Shown here: positions 12,403 to 28,094 of the stretch, in pieces
Layout: each line of letters begins with the position of its first letter
How positions within the stretch are numbered: position 1 is the stretch's first letter
Assembly: GCA_964016885.1 (NCBI GenBank)
Contig: OZ024742.1
Location: 124,620,001 to 124,684,000 of the forward strand
Source of the DNA: Eledone cirrhosa
Lineage: Eukaryota
Length of the DNA stretch: 64,000 bases
Direction of reading: 5' to 3'
Notes under the pieces: generated by a model
The model's database searches: none
What the model saw: only the letters and a program-made list of their open reading frames with translations
What the model was told of the DNA's origin: nothing
Program-made: the position numbers and the translations under genes

Positions 12403-12605
12403 AATATATAAACAACTATCTGGTTGTTGAACCAATCAACCAACCAGAAATTTATAAATTTATACATTTATTATAAATTTATTATAATAAATTGAAGTGG
12501 AAAGCAACTGGTGCGTGTGTTTCTTATTGGCAAAGTGTAACAATATCGGTTTCAACACACGATTTCAGATAAAGAATCTTGCTAAACAAATTCAGGAACG
12601 AAATA

Positions 12606-12729
<124 letters not shown>

Positions 12730-13018
12730 CTACTGTACGTTTGTATACATATATGTATGTACGTATACATACTTCTATTTATATATATATATACAAGTTA
12801 GTATAAATTAATATATGATAAACACTAATACAATCATATAAGTGTTTGTATTGCAAATGGCCAAGTTAGCTAGATCGAAAAATACTAATTAGATAAATAC
12901 ACTCTGCCTGTCTCGATTTAAAATAATAATAAAATAATGTATTTTACGGCTCAGAACTACTTCTTTCTTTGAGCTAATTAATTGTAAAAGATTGTTTGAG
13001 TTTATAACTCTATATATA

Positions 13019-13056
<38 letters not shown>

Positions 13057-13060
<4 letters not shown>

Positions 13061-13428
13061 GATCATCAGCCGTTCGGAAAGAATTTCGTTCAACCGAGGT
13101 CAGCGTCTGGCACAAGGCATATCGCTGTCCACTAATATATATATATATATATCCTGTTAAAAATGACTAATATATACATATATATATATATCAAGTAAGT
13201 ATGTTTGAAACAGTGAGCAGGTTTGAAATTAGAAAATAAAACAGCTTTCACCGTATTTTTTACTAAAGGAATGTTAGCCTGATAATGGGGTTTAGAACCC
13301 TCAGATATATGGACAAAGTTGATTATTGACATACGTATTGATGTACGTCAATAGTCATCTTTTCCATTTATCTGAGGGTTCTAAACCCCATTATCAGGCT
13401 AAAATTCCTTTAGTCAAAAGTACGGTGA

Positions 13429-13459
<31 letters not shown>

Positions 13460-13578
13460 CATATATATTAGTCATTTTTAATTGGATATATATATATATT
13501 AGTGGACAGCGATATGCCTTGTGTCAGACGCTGACCTCGGTTGGACCAAATTCTTTCCCCACGGCTGATGATCCTGTA
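13057..13578. repeat. Nested inverted repeats (outer arms ~13057-13185/13445-13578; inner arms ~13247-13335/13343-13430)
   Basis: Reverse complementarity read directly. The inner hairpin is homologous to 47499-47717, and the outer arm resembles 13978-14088. Confidence 0.8.
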
Positions 13579-14163
13579 GCCCGGTGTCTCTCGTTTGTAT
13601 TTTTATTTGTTTAATATATTTTAAAGTTTTCCCGTTAAGAAAATTGGTTTTAGTTTTGCCTTGTTTTCGTTAGTTGTGTTTTCCTGCCTTTGTTAATTTA
13701 CTGAAGTTTAAGTAACAATACTATTGTGACGAACATGTTATCTCTTCTCCAGCAATTAATTTCAATGGCTTGCACATTTTCCAACACGATAACGTACTTT
13801 CATCTTTTGGGCCTTTTTCTTCCTTTTTTTTTCTTTGTTTCATTCATGATTCTTTCCTGCTATAAAAACACCAAGCTCTTCAACTGATGTCACATACTAT
13901 TTTATGTGTACCTGTTATAGTTTAATTACTATAAATTATTGTTTTGTATCTCGTCTCTTACTCCACTGGCCAGAATGTTGGCTTGTGTGAGACACTGTGA
14001 CACCGAATGGACCAGCAGTACCGTTGGTGGGGGTCGAAACTGCCTATATCCCTCTGAACGGCCGATGATCCTGGAGTTCTGTGTCTTTATTTTTGAAAGA
14101 TTGATTTTCGTTCTGTCTTCTTTTCGTTCGTTGCCCTGCCCTCTCTTTATTAATTTGCTTAAT

Positions 14164-14232
<69 letters not shown>

Positions 14233-14816
14233 CTTTTTTTAATTATTGGTAAATTTTCAGACAATTTGTTATATTTTGAACAGTATAATAGTAGAAGTGC
14301 ATTACTGTGTTAACATTATACATAGGCAACAGCGTTTTCTGTCGGTTGTTGTAATCGACGATTTAAATCCTCGAATGACTTCCTTGGGAACTCAGGCGGT
14401 ATGCTGATCAGTATTTGACGAGTTCTTTCCTGCAACTGAATCAGGGATTTAGCTTTTGAGCTATCAAATTCTTTCTTCGCTCACCCCCACATATAAGCAT
14501 CGCATTGCCTTATGTCACGGTTTGTTGCTGGCCATTCATGATGACTTCGACACCCCAGCAAATCTCCTTGAAGTTAGTAGACATCAAGCCACTCACGGAC
14601 AGTAGCTGTAGTTATGTGCCCAGGAGTGCTATCTTTAATTCATTACATGTTCCTATTAACACCAAGTATGATAATATATTCATGTGTTTACAAAACCATT
14701 CAATGAATTCAAAAGAAAGCATTGTGATAACTTACAAATAAAAATGTTATGAAACGTTGTTTTGAATACTATCTTCTAGGCTACATATATGGTAGGTGTA
14801 AATTCTGTCAAATTTG

Positions 14817-14890
14817 TGGGACTAATCAGCAGCACCAAATTAAGAGCTGTAAAATGAGTGGATGAACTCCTCATAATCAACGGCCATCCA
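14817..14890. repeat. Unclassified interspersed repeat (inverted copy at 22335-22410)
   Basis: CAGCAC..AATTAAGAGCTGTAAAATG..TGGATGAACTCCTCA..GCCATCCA matches the reverse complement of 22335-22410. Confidence 0.6.
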
Positions 14891-16627
14891 CCCTATCTAT
14901 GACCCTTATTTGGTCAAAGGTGATGAGTACAACTACATGCCTGACATGATCAAAACCAAACAGAAAGCGATGGTGGTAAACCAGAGCTGGAAACTTCCAA
15001 CAGGTATAAGAAGGCCTTAGAGTGGATTGGATTGGAATCAAATGAGATTAGGCAGGATAAACAAACTCAGCTAATTAAAAATTAAATATTGTAATATTCG
15101 TGTCACATATTTATATTTCTGTTTGGAAAATTATATAATCTCAGTAATTTACATAACGACAAGTTATGCACATTTACGAATGGTTGTTAAAGTTTATTTG
15201 AGACTAGTAAATATTGACGTATTTGTGTAAATGTAAACTAGAAGTATTAAATGTTAGTATATATTTTTATAGGAAACAAGTATTTGTTCAGCATGTGTAG
15301 TCGATATGTTAGGTAGACCGTGGTAAAGATGGTAAAGTAAGTTGAATAAGTAGTAATGTTTCATAATGAGCTTTACGTTATGATAGAAAAAGGCATTTTA
15401 GAGTGAATTTAATTATATAATTTAACCGCACGTCTATAACGAAGGGATTAATCAAAAGTAAAGAAATGGAATAAAATCACGGGAATGATAATAAATAATC
15501 ATGTTCAATAACATAAATTAGATCAGGAAAGATAAATAAGTTAATCATATTTATATCAAATTTTACACGATTTTCTAATCTTACTTTTCCTATTCCGTAT
15601 AATATTTTTTTATATTTTTCTTTATATTATCTTATTATAAACGTCGTTTTTCGTTATTTATTTATATTGGTTCTGAAAAATAGATCTATTATATATTATC
15701 GATAATATATATCATACATAATACACGTTTCTAACTAATTGAAATTACATGTCCATATTACAAATTATTTATACAGATATGCTACAACTTAAGGACATAC
15801 ATTTCTTCAATTTGTAGCATGGCATTTTAGACACTTTTTTGTAACAATGTTTTAATAGTGAAGATACAAACGCGTATATGGTAATAGTTGGCACGAGTTA
15901 CAATTATTACTCAATGCTTCATATGGCCACAACATATAAACCTATAAACCTTAGATTTAGAATTTCTGCAAATTCTCATATCAGAACTTTACGATAGCTG
16001 TTGCATATACTAATTTTTTTTTAATGAATAAGTGATATCTCCGCAATTTATTACCATTTATAGAGACGATGCAGCATCATGTGCTGCATAGTTTCCATAC
16101 AGCTGTTTTATTTGTATATCATTTGTATATATATTATGCTATAAGCAACCGGAATATAAATAAATATCCATAAATATAGAGAACAGACAAACCGAGACCG
16201 CCTCAATGTGTATACTAATATACATATTGAATGTAAACATGTCAAACGTATGTATTTCTCTGTAAAAATCATTAAAATCCATAATCAATTTTTTACCCCG
16301 ATTGGGGACTCGACAAGCGATAAGTAACTATTGGTTTTATGAAGACGAGCAAATATCAAAGTGAAATGGTGCAGATTTGCTTATTAATATTGTTCACGTT
16401 GGCAGCAAATTTCAATATATATTTATATGACTACATACTTAAGATGTATATTTATATACATTAATATAGTAAGGATTATATATTATACTGATATGTCTAC
16501 GTTTGTTATTAGTACTTTACAAAACCTGAAGACAGATTCAATTTTTTGTAGATTATTTATACAATAATTATCTTACTGATAAACATTCGTTTCTTGTAAT
16601 TCGCTTTTATCTCTGTTTCAACGGGAG

Positions 16628-16668
<41 letters not shown>

Positions 16669-16826
16669 TTAGGACCCAGCATATATTAGAAAAATATAAT
16701 CATATTCAACGTAGATATTACATATCATTTGAAAGTTAGAACCGATCACGGAAAAATCAGAGACGATATCCTCTATTTATGTATAGACACCCCCCCCCCC
16801 TCACACACACACACACCCACCCCACC

Positions 16827-16873
<47 letters not shown>

Positions 16874-16934
16874 TTTTTGAATTTGTTTTGCAAGAACTCT
16901 TATCTGAAACGTGTGTTCAAAAACATATTCTTAT

Positions 16935-17290
16935 ATTTGGGAGGGTCATCCTGCCAATAAAATAAAACGCACCTGCTGGTTCACTTCAATTTATTATAAA
17001 TTTCCGGTTGGTTTGTTTCTATAACCGCATGGTTGTTTTTATACTGCCAAAGCTATTTCGTCACAATTGTGGGGATCCTCTCAGTGTGAGAACACAGAAA
17101 CACTAAAAAAAGGAGAGATACAAAATAAAATCCCTGTCACTGAGGAGGTCACAGGATGTGAGAAAAAAGAGCTTTGACAATATATAAACAACCATCGAGT
17201 TATCGAAACAACCAACCAACCTGAAATGTATAATTAATTAAAATTAGCGGGGCGTGTTCGTTTATTGGTAGTATGACCCTCCCAAAGTAT
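16935..17290. mobile_element. Diverged fold-back pLTR pair (family of 12290-12600) between (TA)n tracts
   Basis: Arms ~16935-17085 and ~17140-17290 are complementary. HHR motif TGTCA-CTGAGGA-GGTCACA..GAAAAAAGAGCTT-TGACA. Confidence 0.7.
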
Positions 17291-17330
17291 TTTAAAAAAT
17301 ATATATATTTTTAATATATATATATATTCG

Positions 17331-17396
<66 letters not shown>

Positions 17397-17419
17397 TGTG
17401 TGTGTGTGTATGTGTGTGT

Positions 17420-17459
<40 letters not shown>

Positions 17460-18286
17460 GGAAAAGAGTCAGAACCCCAAATTAGAAAAGGAGATGGTAT
17501 CACATATTCAAAACCAGTTTATGTCATCACGCCTTCCAGTTGTGCGCATTTCAAAGACATTAGAAACGATTACTCAACATTTATTCAGTGCGTTATTCGT
17601 CCGATAGGTGATAGAATATAGATTAAAATAAAATGTGTTCCTCTTCATATGCCTGCCATTGAAGTTCTGTTTACATTTCGATATCCAACAAACATAAGTT
17701 CTATGGACTCTCGTAGTGGTAAGTAGGGTGATAGACGAGATGGAACAACAACGGTGGTAACAGTAGGTGATAGAAGTAGGACAGTGCACTAAAACGAGTC
17801 AGACATTATGTTTCCTAATGTGTTATGCAGCACTCGGTTAATCTATTTAATATACTGAGCCTAACCTTATTACGTTCATGTTATCGTCGGTTAGTCGGTA
17901 GAGCATCGACATCCATTTAAACTGTTGTATATGCATGTTGTAAAGATAGAATAAGCGTGTATGCGAATGTTGCCAATAGCGTTTGTACGATCTAGATATA
18001 AATATCGTGTTTTGTCTTTAACGTAGACATACCAATGTCTGCCTACAGCAGTATTACGTGCAGGTACATGTAAACTACAGACTACTACAAGCATATGAAT
18101 GCTGATAGAACATTACTCATACGTGCCTGCTCACACGAATATCCATATATGGACCCTCATACAATTAATAGAGATATGGAAACGTATAAAAGTAATGAAA
18201 GAAAAAAACCTGATTACACTATTATTGTTCGATTGCCTTGACCCAATCAACACTGATTTCCATTACACACACACACACACACATAC

Positions 18287-18367
<81 letters not shown>

Positions 18368-18369
<2 letters not shown>

Positions 18370-20148
18370 AAAGTTATATTTAAATTGTTGGGTTAACAAC
18401 GAGTAAATATTTATAACTGATATAAAAGCACTCAACAAGTATTTGGAGTATATTTATGATATTAAATAAATGGAAACTATATTTATAAAACCATATTTAT
18501 TTCGTTATATATATTTCAGGGATATCATATTAACAATATGTTATGCCATCTTCAGACAAAATACAATATAAACAGTCTTATAAATAAATAGATACGACAT
18601 ACCTTTCAAGGGGGATTCCTTTTAATTCATCCTCTGAGACATGTGACCTCTGTGCGGAGGAGATATTCTTTATACTAAAATCTAAAAATTCCCTTAATCT
18701 ACGGACAAATTTATTCAGTTGCTGCAGACATAGATTGAACTCAACGTTTAAATATAAATTTAAATTTAAAATGTAGTTATGTTTGTTTTGATTTGTAATT
18801 ATTTATGAAACTAGCCGATAAATCTTTCGATTTCTTCTTTTTATTAAAACATTCTTTTTATTAAAACATTCTTCATGAATAATTAAACTACCCTAAAAGC
18901 TGATGCTCCAAATATATCGAATTCAATTTTAAACTAGATAAACTTCTATATTATATATAAGAACATATGTAGACCAATTGGGTATCCTAAACTTTTGGAA
19001 TGATTTCTGCTAGACAGGATTTGGTAAACAATTTTTGTTTTATCTGTTTCGACTCTGATGCTTATGATGATCTTGGCAATATATTGCCAATTAACTTTGA
19101 AAGGCTGATCTCTGTGTTTTATTTGTATTATTTTTTTATATTTTTTAATATTTTGTAATATTTTTTATTTTTAATATTAAATGTTTTAGTTTTCTGTTTA
19201 TTTATTTATTTTCTTGTCTCTGATATTTTTATTTTTATTTTTATTTTTATTAATATATTGAAATCTGTTCTCTATTTCTGCTTGATCGACAATCATGTAG
19301 AATAAAGACAAGAATAGTATTGTTAAAATTAATATAGACTCTATTTATATGTGTATATATACACACATATATGTATACTTGAATTTTTATAGCACAATGA
19401 GAATGTTTTCGTGTGAATTGGGAGTTTGTTTATAATTATGATATAAACATATGAATTTTTTAAAACTAGACATAAGATCATTACTTCTCACACATTATAG
19501 ATACATGTCTCATTCTTGAATACTGGTACTTACATTATAATGCCTGTTTTATACGAACTAATATTTTCTACGGATAAAACATAGCGGTTTTAAATTCTGC
19601 ATCTTTTATGTCTGGTTATGTTTCATTTTCTCTTTTTCATTTTCTCTTTTTTCCCTCTATATAACGGCTATTTTCTCTCCTAACTACATACATCTCTCTT
19701 TACATTAATACTAGAGCTAAATAAATAAATAAATAAATAAATGTATCAACCGATACTCAACTTCCTAATTTCTCTATCTATCTCTATCTATCTCTTTCTT
19801 TTTTCCTCTCTCTATATATATTTCTCTCTGTTTCTTTACATGAAGTTCTTCTCTTTATCTATCTTTCTATATCCCTCTATTTAGTCACATACATTTCTTC
19901 TTTTTCTTCGTTTCTCTTTCCTTCTCTCTTTATCTCTTTCTTTTTACAACTGTCCACAATATTTTTTACTGCCAAATCAACCTCACAAATGCAAGGTGAT
20001 TGATAGGTATGTCGTATCTATTTATTTATAAGACTGTTTATATTGTATTTTGTCTGAAGATGGCATAACATATTGTTAATATGATATCCCTGAAATATAT
20101 ATAACGAAATAAATATGGTTTTATAAATATAGTTTCCATTTATTTAAT

Positions 20149-20154
<6 letters not shown>
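18368..20154 (+). mobile_element. 5'-truncated Penelope-like element with inverted pLTRs
   Basis: 18455-18604 is the reverse complement of 20005-20154. 18606-18776 translates to PFNSSSETCDLCAEEIFFILKSKNSLNLRTNLFSCCRHR (GIY-YIG tail). (TA)n flanks. Confidence 0.85.
20046..20111 (+). ncRNA. Type-I hammerhead ribozyme (mirror copy at ~18498-18563, -)
   Basis: TATTTTGT-CTGAAGA-stem II-GAAATATATATA-ACGAAATA. Stem I is 8 bp and stem III is the palindrome AUAUAUAU. Confidence 0.75.
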
Positions 20155-20199
<45 letters not shown>

Positions 20200-20650
20200 G
20201 CGCACATATATATAAATGCGCATTTATTTATATATCCATACACAAAAAGAAACATTCCAAATTCTTCATTCAGTGTTCAGTATTTCGAACCTACAAATGT
20301 TTCAGCTAATATCCTGACGTTAAGTATATGCTCAGTCGGGGTCGACGTTACCTGAATTACAGCCGTTGTGTTTCACGAATTGGCTTCAAAAAATATTGAC
20401 TGTTTCATGTATCTCAAATAACAGATTTTATAATATTTTCCTCCCTTGCTTGTTGCGTTTATATTTTAAATATCCCTTGAGAAATATGTTGTTATCTGAC
20501 TGTATGAATGATAGTAGTTTTTTACAGTATTACTCATAAAAGTCATAAAAGAAAACTTAATAGGAAAATATTAGCAAAGTAACTTCCAATATCTACAGAA
20601 ATACTGTATGCATATGGAAACAACCATTCATACATATGCATATTAATCTA

Positions 20651-20875
<225 letters not shown>

Positions 20876-22976
20876 CAGTATATATCTTCATACATACATA
20901 TATATATATGTGTGTGTGTGTGTGTGAATATGTTTGTATGTATGTATGTATGGATGAATGTATGTATGTTTCTCAGTATAAATATTGTCAATATTTACTA
21001 TTTATATATTCATAGATACATTATGACGAAAATCAATCAATGGATATACAGAAATATGCTAAATTCTCTCGTTTCCTCTGTTTATTCACTAAGTGAAAAT
21101 TGTCACACCTTTGACAGTATTTACCTGGCAATAGAAATGATTAACATATCATATATTTTCAAATTCTTCTCGTCCGGATGTGATTGTCAAATCATAAACG
21201 GATATCAAATTATAGAAAAATATATATACCTCAAAGTGAGTAGGCTTTATTTTCTTTGTATGTAATTGACACGTCCTGTGTGAAAAATATAAATTAAAGC
21301 TAATTAGCCAAAACCGATATTATTAAAGTCAATAAATATTTGAGAGGCCAATCTATAACTTGATTTTTTTTAAATTCGAGTTTGCAATCAACTCTTTTGC
21401 CACTAGGACATCTCAATCTGGTAAACATCATTTGTCTCAATGTTGGGGAAAAAGCAATTAATATTGCAAGAGGAATCAACTTTTATGTTACTGTCGTAAT
21501 CTGCGTATTAACCTAATCCTGTATATAATCAAGAGGGTCTCAACTGTCTTTGTATAATCGTCCTCTTTTGACGTTGCAAATTCATCAATGTTACAGCATG
21601 AATAATCGTTAATTTAATGCACATGAATGATGGTTGAAATATGGTTATAATTAAACTCTGATGAGGGGACGTGTGTTTCACAGCTCTATTTAAGGATCAA
21701 CAGTCTCGACATCTCTGCTAGAAATAGCAGCCATATTCTCTCAAATAACACTTTAAAGCCTTCAAAATGACACATTCATCTGTGGGGTCATTGGTAATAA
21801 AAAGAGAAACATCAGTATGACCAAAAGTGGAACACATTTACTCATTTATCTGCTCAATGAGTTATGATGGTGATCTAACAATTAAGGCACTATAATTTCA
21901 AACATGTGGTGGAGTTTGTGTAGGTAACTGGGGCAATCACATGCATTACTGCATGAAAGATTTGGCATTATTTTATGTACAATTATAGATAGTTTACAAT
22001 TCAAATACTAGAATCAACGTTAATCCATAATGTTATTATGTCAGTTTGTTTACTTATTCTTTAAAGTTTCATTGAAAACTAGTATTACATCTGAATTTTC
22101 TATAACAAATACATCATATATGTATGTTATTATTTTCCGACGTTTTGAAAGCGAGATATATTTCCAATTCAATCCAATTCAAACTAGGGTCTTCTGTCTC
22201 CTTTTGGGGGAACCAATCACTGGGTGATCTCCAACGCTTTCTCATTGGTCTTGATCATGTCAGGGGCGTAGCAATATTCAGCCCATCTGATCAATTGCGG
22301 GTTGGTGAAGCTTTTAACCCATACATGTATGTGCTGGATGGCTGCTGACTGTGAGGAATTCATCCAGCCATTTTACAGCTCTTGATTTTGTGCTGTTGGG
22401 ATTCTTCCCACGATTCTCACCAGACTAGGCTGCCATGAGGGAGCAGATTTAATCGCGGACCACTCGATCAGGAAGCAGGTTGTACTGGTTTACATGGTAC
22501 TACTAGCAGTCTATTAGCCAGTTTCTGAATAGAAAATCACAAAAATCTCGTTATAATTTCTCGTGATTACAAAGGGAATTTAAATAAGGAGAGACATTAA
22601 AATCGGAGGGGATATATAATCTGATCAGTGTTCTATACATGCGTGCGTATGATAAATGTTTATTTTCTTTACCCTCTTACCATCCCTAATTACATTGACG
22701 TATGGCACGATGGTAGCCAGTCGGATTACGTTCAAGCAGATTTTCAGCCGATTTGTTTGGGGCTTTTTTCAGACCGAATATATCTGAACCAGAATTAATC
22801 TGCGAAATCTTTAGAATGCTTTTGTAACTGTGGATAGTTTATTGAAGTGAAATAGATTTTAAACATGACTTTTCCAGCAAAAGAAAACAACTGTTTTCTA
22901 CCTACATCCTTTACAGTTCATATAATGCATTTTAAATTCCAGTTGTATGCTACTATTCATATATTAACATCCTTAA

Positions 22977-23098
22977 TCCGCCGAGGTTAACTTTGCCTTT
23001 CATCCTTACGGAGGCGATAAAATAAAGTACCAGTAATGGAATAATTGCTGGCCAAACTGGAATAAGTTCTGGCCTTGTGCCAAAAGTAGAAACAATTA
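22977..23098 (+). mobile_element. 5'-truncated SINE (family of 35716-35889)
   Basis: CGCCGAGGTTAACTTTGCCTTTCATCCTTACG...GATAAAATAAAGTACCAG...GGCCTTGTGCCAAAAGTAGAAACAATTAT. Confidence 0.8.
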
Positions 23099-23844
23099 TG
23101 GAAAGCTGAGTCTGATATCTTCTATGGACTAGGCCTATAGAGTTACAATCCAGTATATTCCTTATGAAAAAAAGCATCTGCTATTTCACCATTGAGATCA
23201 AGGGGTTAACCTATAGTTCAGTATTGCTACTGCTTGTGTATAACATGTCAATAGTGTGATGATTTAGACATGTTCTAACATTTATGGAAATTAAGGTATT
23301 TATTAGTCATCTATTAAAGCAATAATTTATCCGATATTTCACAATATCGAAGTAATCAAATCTTAAAAACTTGTTAATTAGAAATTTGTAGAAATTGAAA
23401 AAAAGAAGAAATTCAAGATAATATTTGAATTTTAATGAGACATCAGTTGCAGGTGAACTTATAGAATAGTTGTTTATTTTAAATATTTTATGGAGAACTT
23501 TTAAACATCTTCATAATCTGGATTATTTAAAAATATTCTGGAAAGAGATAAAATGTGTTGGCTTAAATTCTCTTAATCGATATTTATACGGGAAAGCTCA
23601 CTATATGACATTTTAGCGCTAATTCCAATTATGCCATATGCAGTATACACACTCTTTCATCAACTTATGGCTTTTGTATGACATTTATATTGAGTTAAAA
23701 GGAAGAAGAAATCTCCTAAACGTGTCTCCACCTTTTGGCTGGATATATCAATTACATATAAATAACTATTGTTAAGCTCATTGGCCCTGCCCGATATGTC
23801 GTTTGATAATGGAGTTAGGAAATTTACAATTGGAAAAAAAAAGT

Positions 23845-24235
23845 GCAGCTGATGTCAAAGCTACGGGTTCACCGATGTGTGTCCAAAGTTCATAATTAAA
23901 TTTGATAATGGTTTTCCTAGCTGTGAGTACTACGTCGATTTCTTCTCGGGTAATATCCGTATTCTTTCGTGTGTATATTAGGACATTGTTAAGTAATATA
24001 GGTGATATCGAAGAGTAGTAACTGGTTATGGGCAGTTAAATAAATTTGGTTTACTCCTTGTATTCAAGGCTGGTAAGCCATCCGATGAACTCATTGGTTC
24101 CGATCCAGAGTTTTAGCTTGGGATGATCCTACCAAGTATAATTTTACTAACAATTCCGATGTCGGATGTGGAAGATGCAAATAGTCTGACTGGTAATTCG
24201 GATTCGAAATTTGGTTTGTGATCGTTAATGCGTAT
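23845..24235 (-). pseudogene. PLE reverse transcriptase remnant (fingers/palm region)
   Basis: Manual translation: INDHKPNFESELPVRLFASSTSDIGIVSKIILGRI / WIGTNEFIGWL..K..KFI*LPITSYYSSISPILL..IDVVLTARKTII..W. This matches PLE RT motifs KDHKxNF..RLI..SxIGxVSK and FDIxxFYPSIS. Stops and frameshifts present. Confidence 0.75.
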
Positions 24236-24315
24236 TCACGTTGTACTATTTATGGTTCAGTACGGTTTTCAATTAATTTTCACTCAAAAATTAAGAAAAT
24301 GATAAACATAAACAC

Positions 24316-24359
<44 letters not shown>

Positions 24360-24379
24360 TATAAAATATAATTAACATA

Positions 24380-26062
24380 TTTATTCTACGGTGACTGTAT
24401 GTTGCAGGATGGAATAGAAGGCACGCCAACGCAACCTTTTAATGAACGCGTCTGTTTTCTGTATCAGAAGTTTTAGGTATGTTTTCATGCTTGGTACGGG
24501 TATGTTCTTTGTAGAAATATTCAGATGTGGTTTCTGCATAATGAATATAAATCAAGAGAGTGCTCAACTGAGGGAGCCAAATAGTAATAATAATAATGTT
24601 TAACACTAAAATGCATAGAGGGCTCGATAAGGATAAATATATATCAAATATATAATAACCGTAGAGCAAATATTTATTAAAATAACAGATTAAAGTTTAA
24701 GCAAAGAATCGCTGCTTTCACCCTTAACGGGATCTTCTGAAACTAACAAAGTCAATCTGTAAACGCAGAAGTGGATATTTCAAAAAACGTTGCAACCGGA
24801 GGAAGACAAGAAGACGATACTTTGGTTCGTGGAAACGTTCCCTGGCAAAGAACGGGAAAAAACGAAGATAATACGTCATTAATAGGAGCGGTGAAAAACA
24901 ATTACACGCAAAGACAGAACCACGTTTATTGTATAAAAGAAGTCGTAGACAAATGTTCTCTTAGGTGGTTCATATAGACGTTCTCTGGCAATGAACGACA
25001 ACAACGAAGATAATACGTTATATGTGGAGCGTGGAGTACAATTGCACGCAAAGACAAAACCACGTAAAAGGTATAGCTGTAGTCGTAGACTAAGATTCTA
25101 ACTAGGAAACCGAATGAATCTCCGTTTCAGAGTTAAGAATAAAGTAAATAAATACAATACAGAGGTAATTGAAATTAAATAAATACATACACGCATCCAA
25201 ATACATACACAAGCATACGCGAAAACACTCGCCATAGGTATCCAAAACCACGCACATATAAATATGTGTGTGTGTGCGTGTGTGCGTGTATACAAATAAA
25301 TAAGTAATTAAATAAACGTATATAAATAAATAAGCGCACACACATACCTACATGTAAATAGACAAATGTTCGGAGACATACGTCAACCAAAACATGAAGT
25401 ACACATATACACACACCCAACATACCTACGAACCCGCATACTCACACAGACGCAAAACTCCCGTATACACATAACCAAAACATATGAACCAGAATTTATA
25501 AAAATATACGCCATAACATATACAATCAAATATACGTGCGAGAAAGTATACCTACCTTCACAAAACATACAGGTAATATATACTTACCTATGCAAATAAG
25601 TAATGGTATAAACATAACATATACTTGCTACCACATCAAGACGTAAAATATCCATGTATAGATCGTACTATCCGTTAGGGTATAATGTGGGGCTGTAATA
25701 CAGGAAAGTGTTGTGCAATTTATGTTTACAAGCCGAAATTGCCACAGATTTTTTGTTTAAGATGTTTCTGTGGCGTAGAGTATTTCCAGAGCATCAGCTG
25801 CGCAGAGGTCACAAGGTCTTTTATAGAAGAATACTCATGTGGAGAATATTTCACAGATTCGTACAGTGCAATTTTATAGTATTTTAATGCTATGAGATGG
25901 GATCTTGTGAAACTAAAAGAGAAAATCAATCTGTGGTCGCAGACGTAAATATTTTGAAAAGCGTTGCAACCGAAGGAAAACCGGAAGACGATACGTTGCT
26001 TCGTGAAGACGTTCCCTAACAATGAACGGTAAGGATGAAGGCAGTGATTCTCTGTTTAAAAT
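24380..26062 (-). mobile_element. Truncated Penelope-like element with partial direct pLTR repeat
   Basis: ~25690-25830 (-) translates to RPCDLCAADALEILYA / LNKKSVAISACKHK. 25898-26030 repeats 24728-24855, and there is an internal ~130-bp duplication at 24835-25100. Related pieces at 7930-8052, 28095-28720, 31080-31271 and 62270-62310. Confidence 0.75.
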
Positions 26063-26119
26063 CTAATCTGTTATATTATATGAATATATATATATATATG
26101 TATATATGGCTGTGTTTTC

Positions 26120-26170
<51 letters not shown>

Positions 26171-26173
<3 letters not shown>

Positions 26174-26542
26174 GAGGGTAATCCCAAAAGTAAGGTCTCC
26201 AAACCGATGTGGACACAGAGAAACTGTTCGTAAGGCGGTTGGCAACACTATTGTGATTTATGCTTCCTTCACTCCCAAAGAAGCATGCTCGCGCTTCGCT
26301 GGGATGCTCAATATTGGCTTGGCAGCCGTTGAGAATGGAGCTCTCGAATTTTGCGCAGTTATTATATAGAGGACAATCACAAACGTAAGGTCTCCTTCCG
26401 AGGAAAACATGCATAAAGATCGGAGGATCACTCTGGATACTCTCTGCATTTTGATTCCTGAGGTTTCCCGAAGCACCATCCACAGGATTTTAACGGAAAA
26501 GTTGCAATATCGGAAGGAGACCTTACTTTGGGGATTGCCCTC

Positions 26543-26545
<3 letters not shown>
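26171..26545 (+). mobile_element. Internally deleted mariner (Tc1/mariner) transposon in (TA)n
   Basis: 30-bp TIRs including the TA (TACGAGGGTAATCCCAAAAGTAAGGTCTCC, 2 mismatches). Transposase HTH remnant DRRITLDTLCILIPEVSRSTIHRILTEKLQYRK. Confidence 0.9.
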
Positions 26546-26574
<29 letters not shown>

Positions 26575-26578
<4 letters not shown>

Positions 26579-26620
26579 ACCATCAGAATGCCCCGGCGTT
26601 GCTCGGGATTCTAATCATAG
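26575..26620 (-). mobile_element. Possible Helitron-like 3' terminal hairpin
   Basis: Minus strand CCCGAGCAACGCCGGG hairpin about 12 nt from the end, but no clean CTAG. Confidence 0.3.
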
Positions 26621-26891
26621 ATTGGCGATTGGCATGTTTATACCTCCTTTCTGAAACAGTACAGAGAAGTACGGGATACCTCGGCCTGGGATGCTGTCTA
26701 CATGTTGTGCTTATAAAAAAAATTCGTCGTAGAATACCAGGGGTTTAACTTAATTGGATGCCTGAGAGTAAATTGTTCAACCCACGAAAGCCAAGACGAT
26801 AGGGCTAAGTAAAAAGGCATTCGACAAACCGAACATGTATTTGTTGTGCTATGGTACAATGAAAGCAATGGTTACAGAACAGTAAGCATAT

Positions 26892-27785
<894 letters not shown>

Positions 27786-27790
<5 letters not shown>

Positions 27791-28012
27791 TTAGTTATAC
27801 TATTTATGGATATGTAAATACAAAAACCTTTTGCAGTTATATATATTTTTATACAAACCTTAAATTGTGGTAGGTAGTAATATATTACTACCTACTGGTA
27901 ATAAGGTAGTAATATATTACAACCTACCACTATTTAGGGTTTGTATAAAAATATATATAACTGCAAAAGGTTTTTGTATTTACATATCCATAAATAGTAT
28001 AACTAATACTAT
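27786..28012. repeat. Fold-back palindrome with duplicated centre, probably pLTR-derived
   Basis: Arms of about 100 bp are complementary, and the centre repeats GGTAGTAATATATTAC. A tail GCTCC..GAGCTG follows. Confidence 0.7.
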
Positions 28013-28094
28013 TAACTGCTCCATATTGTTGAGCTGACATACAATAAATTACCAATATGCTAATCGCTAATCAAAGACCAACTCCCCTATATAT

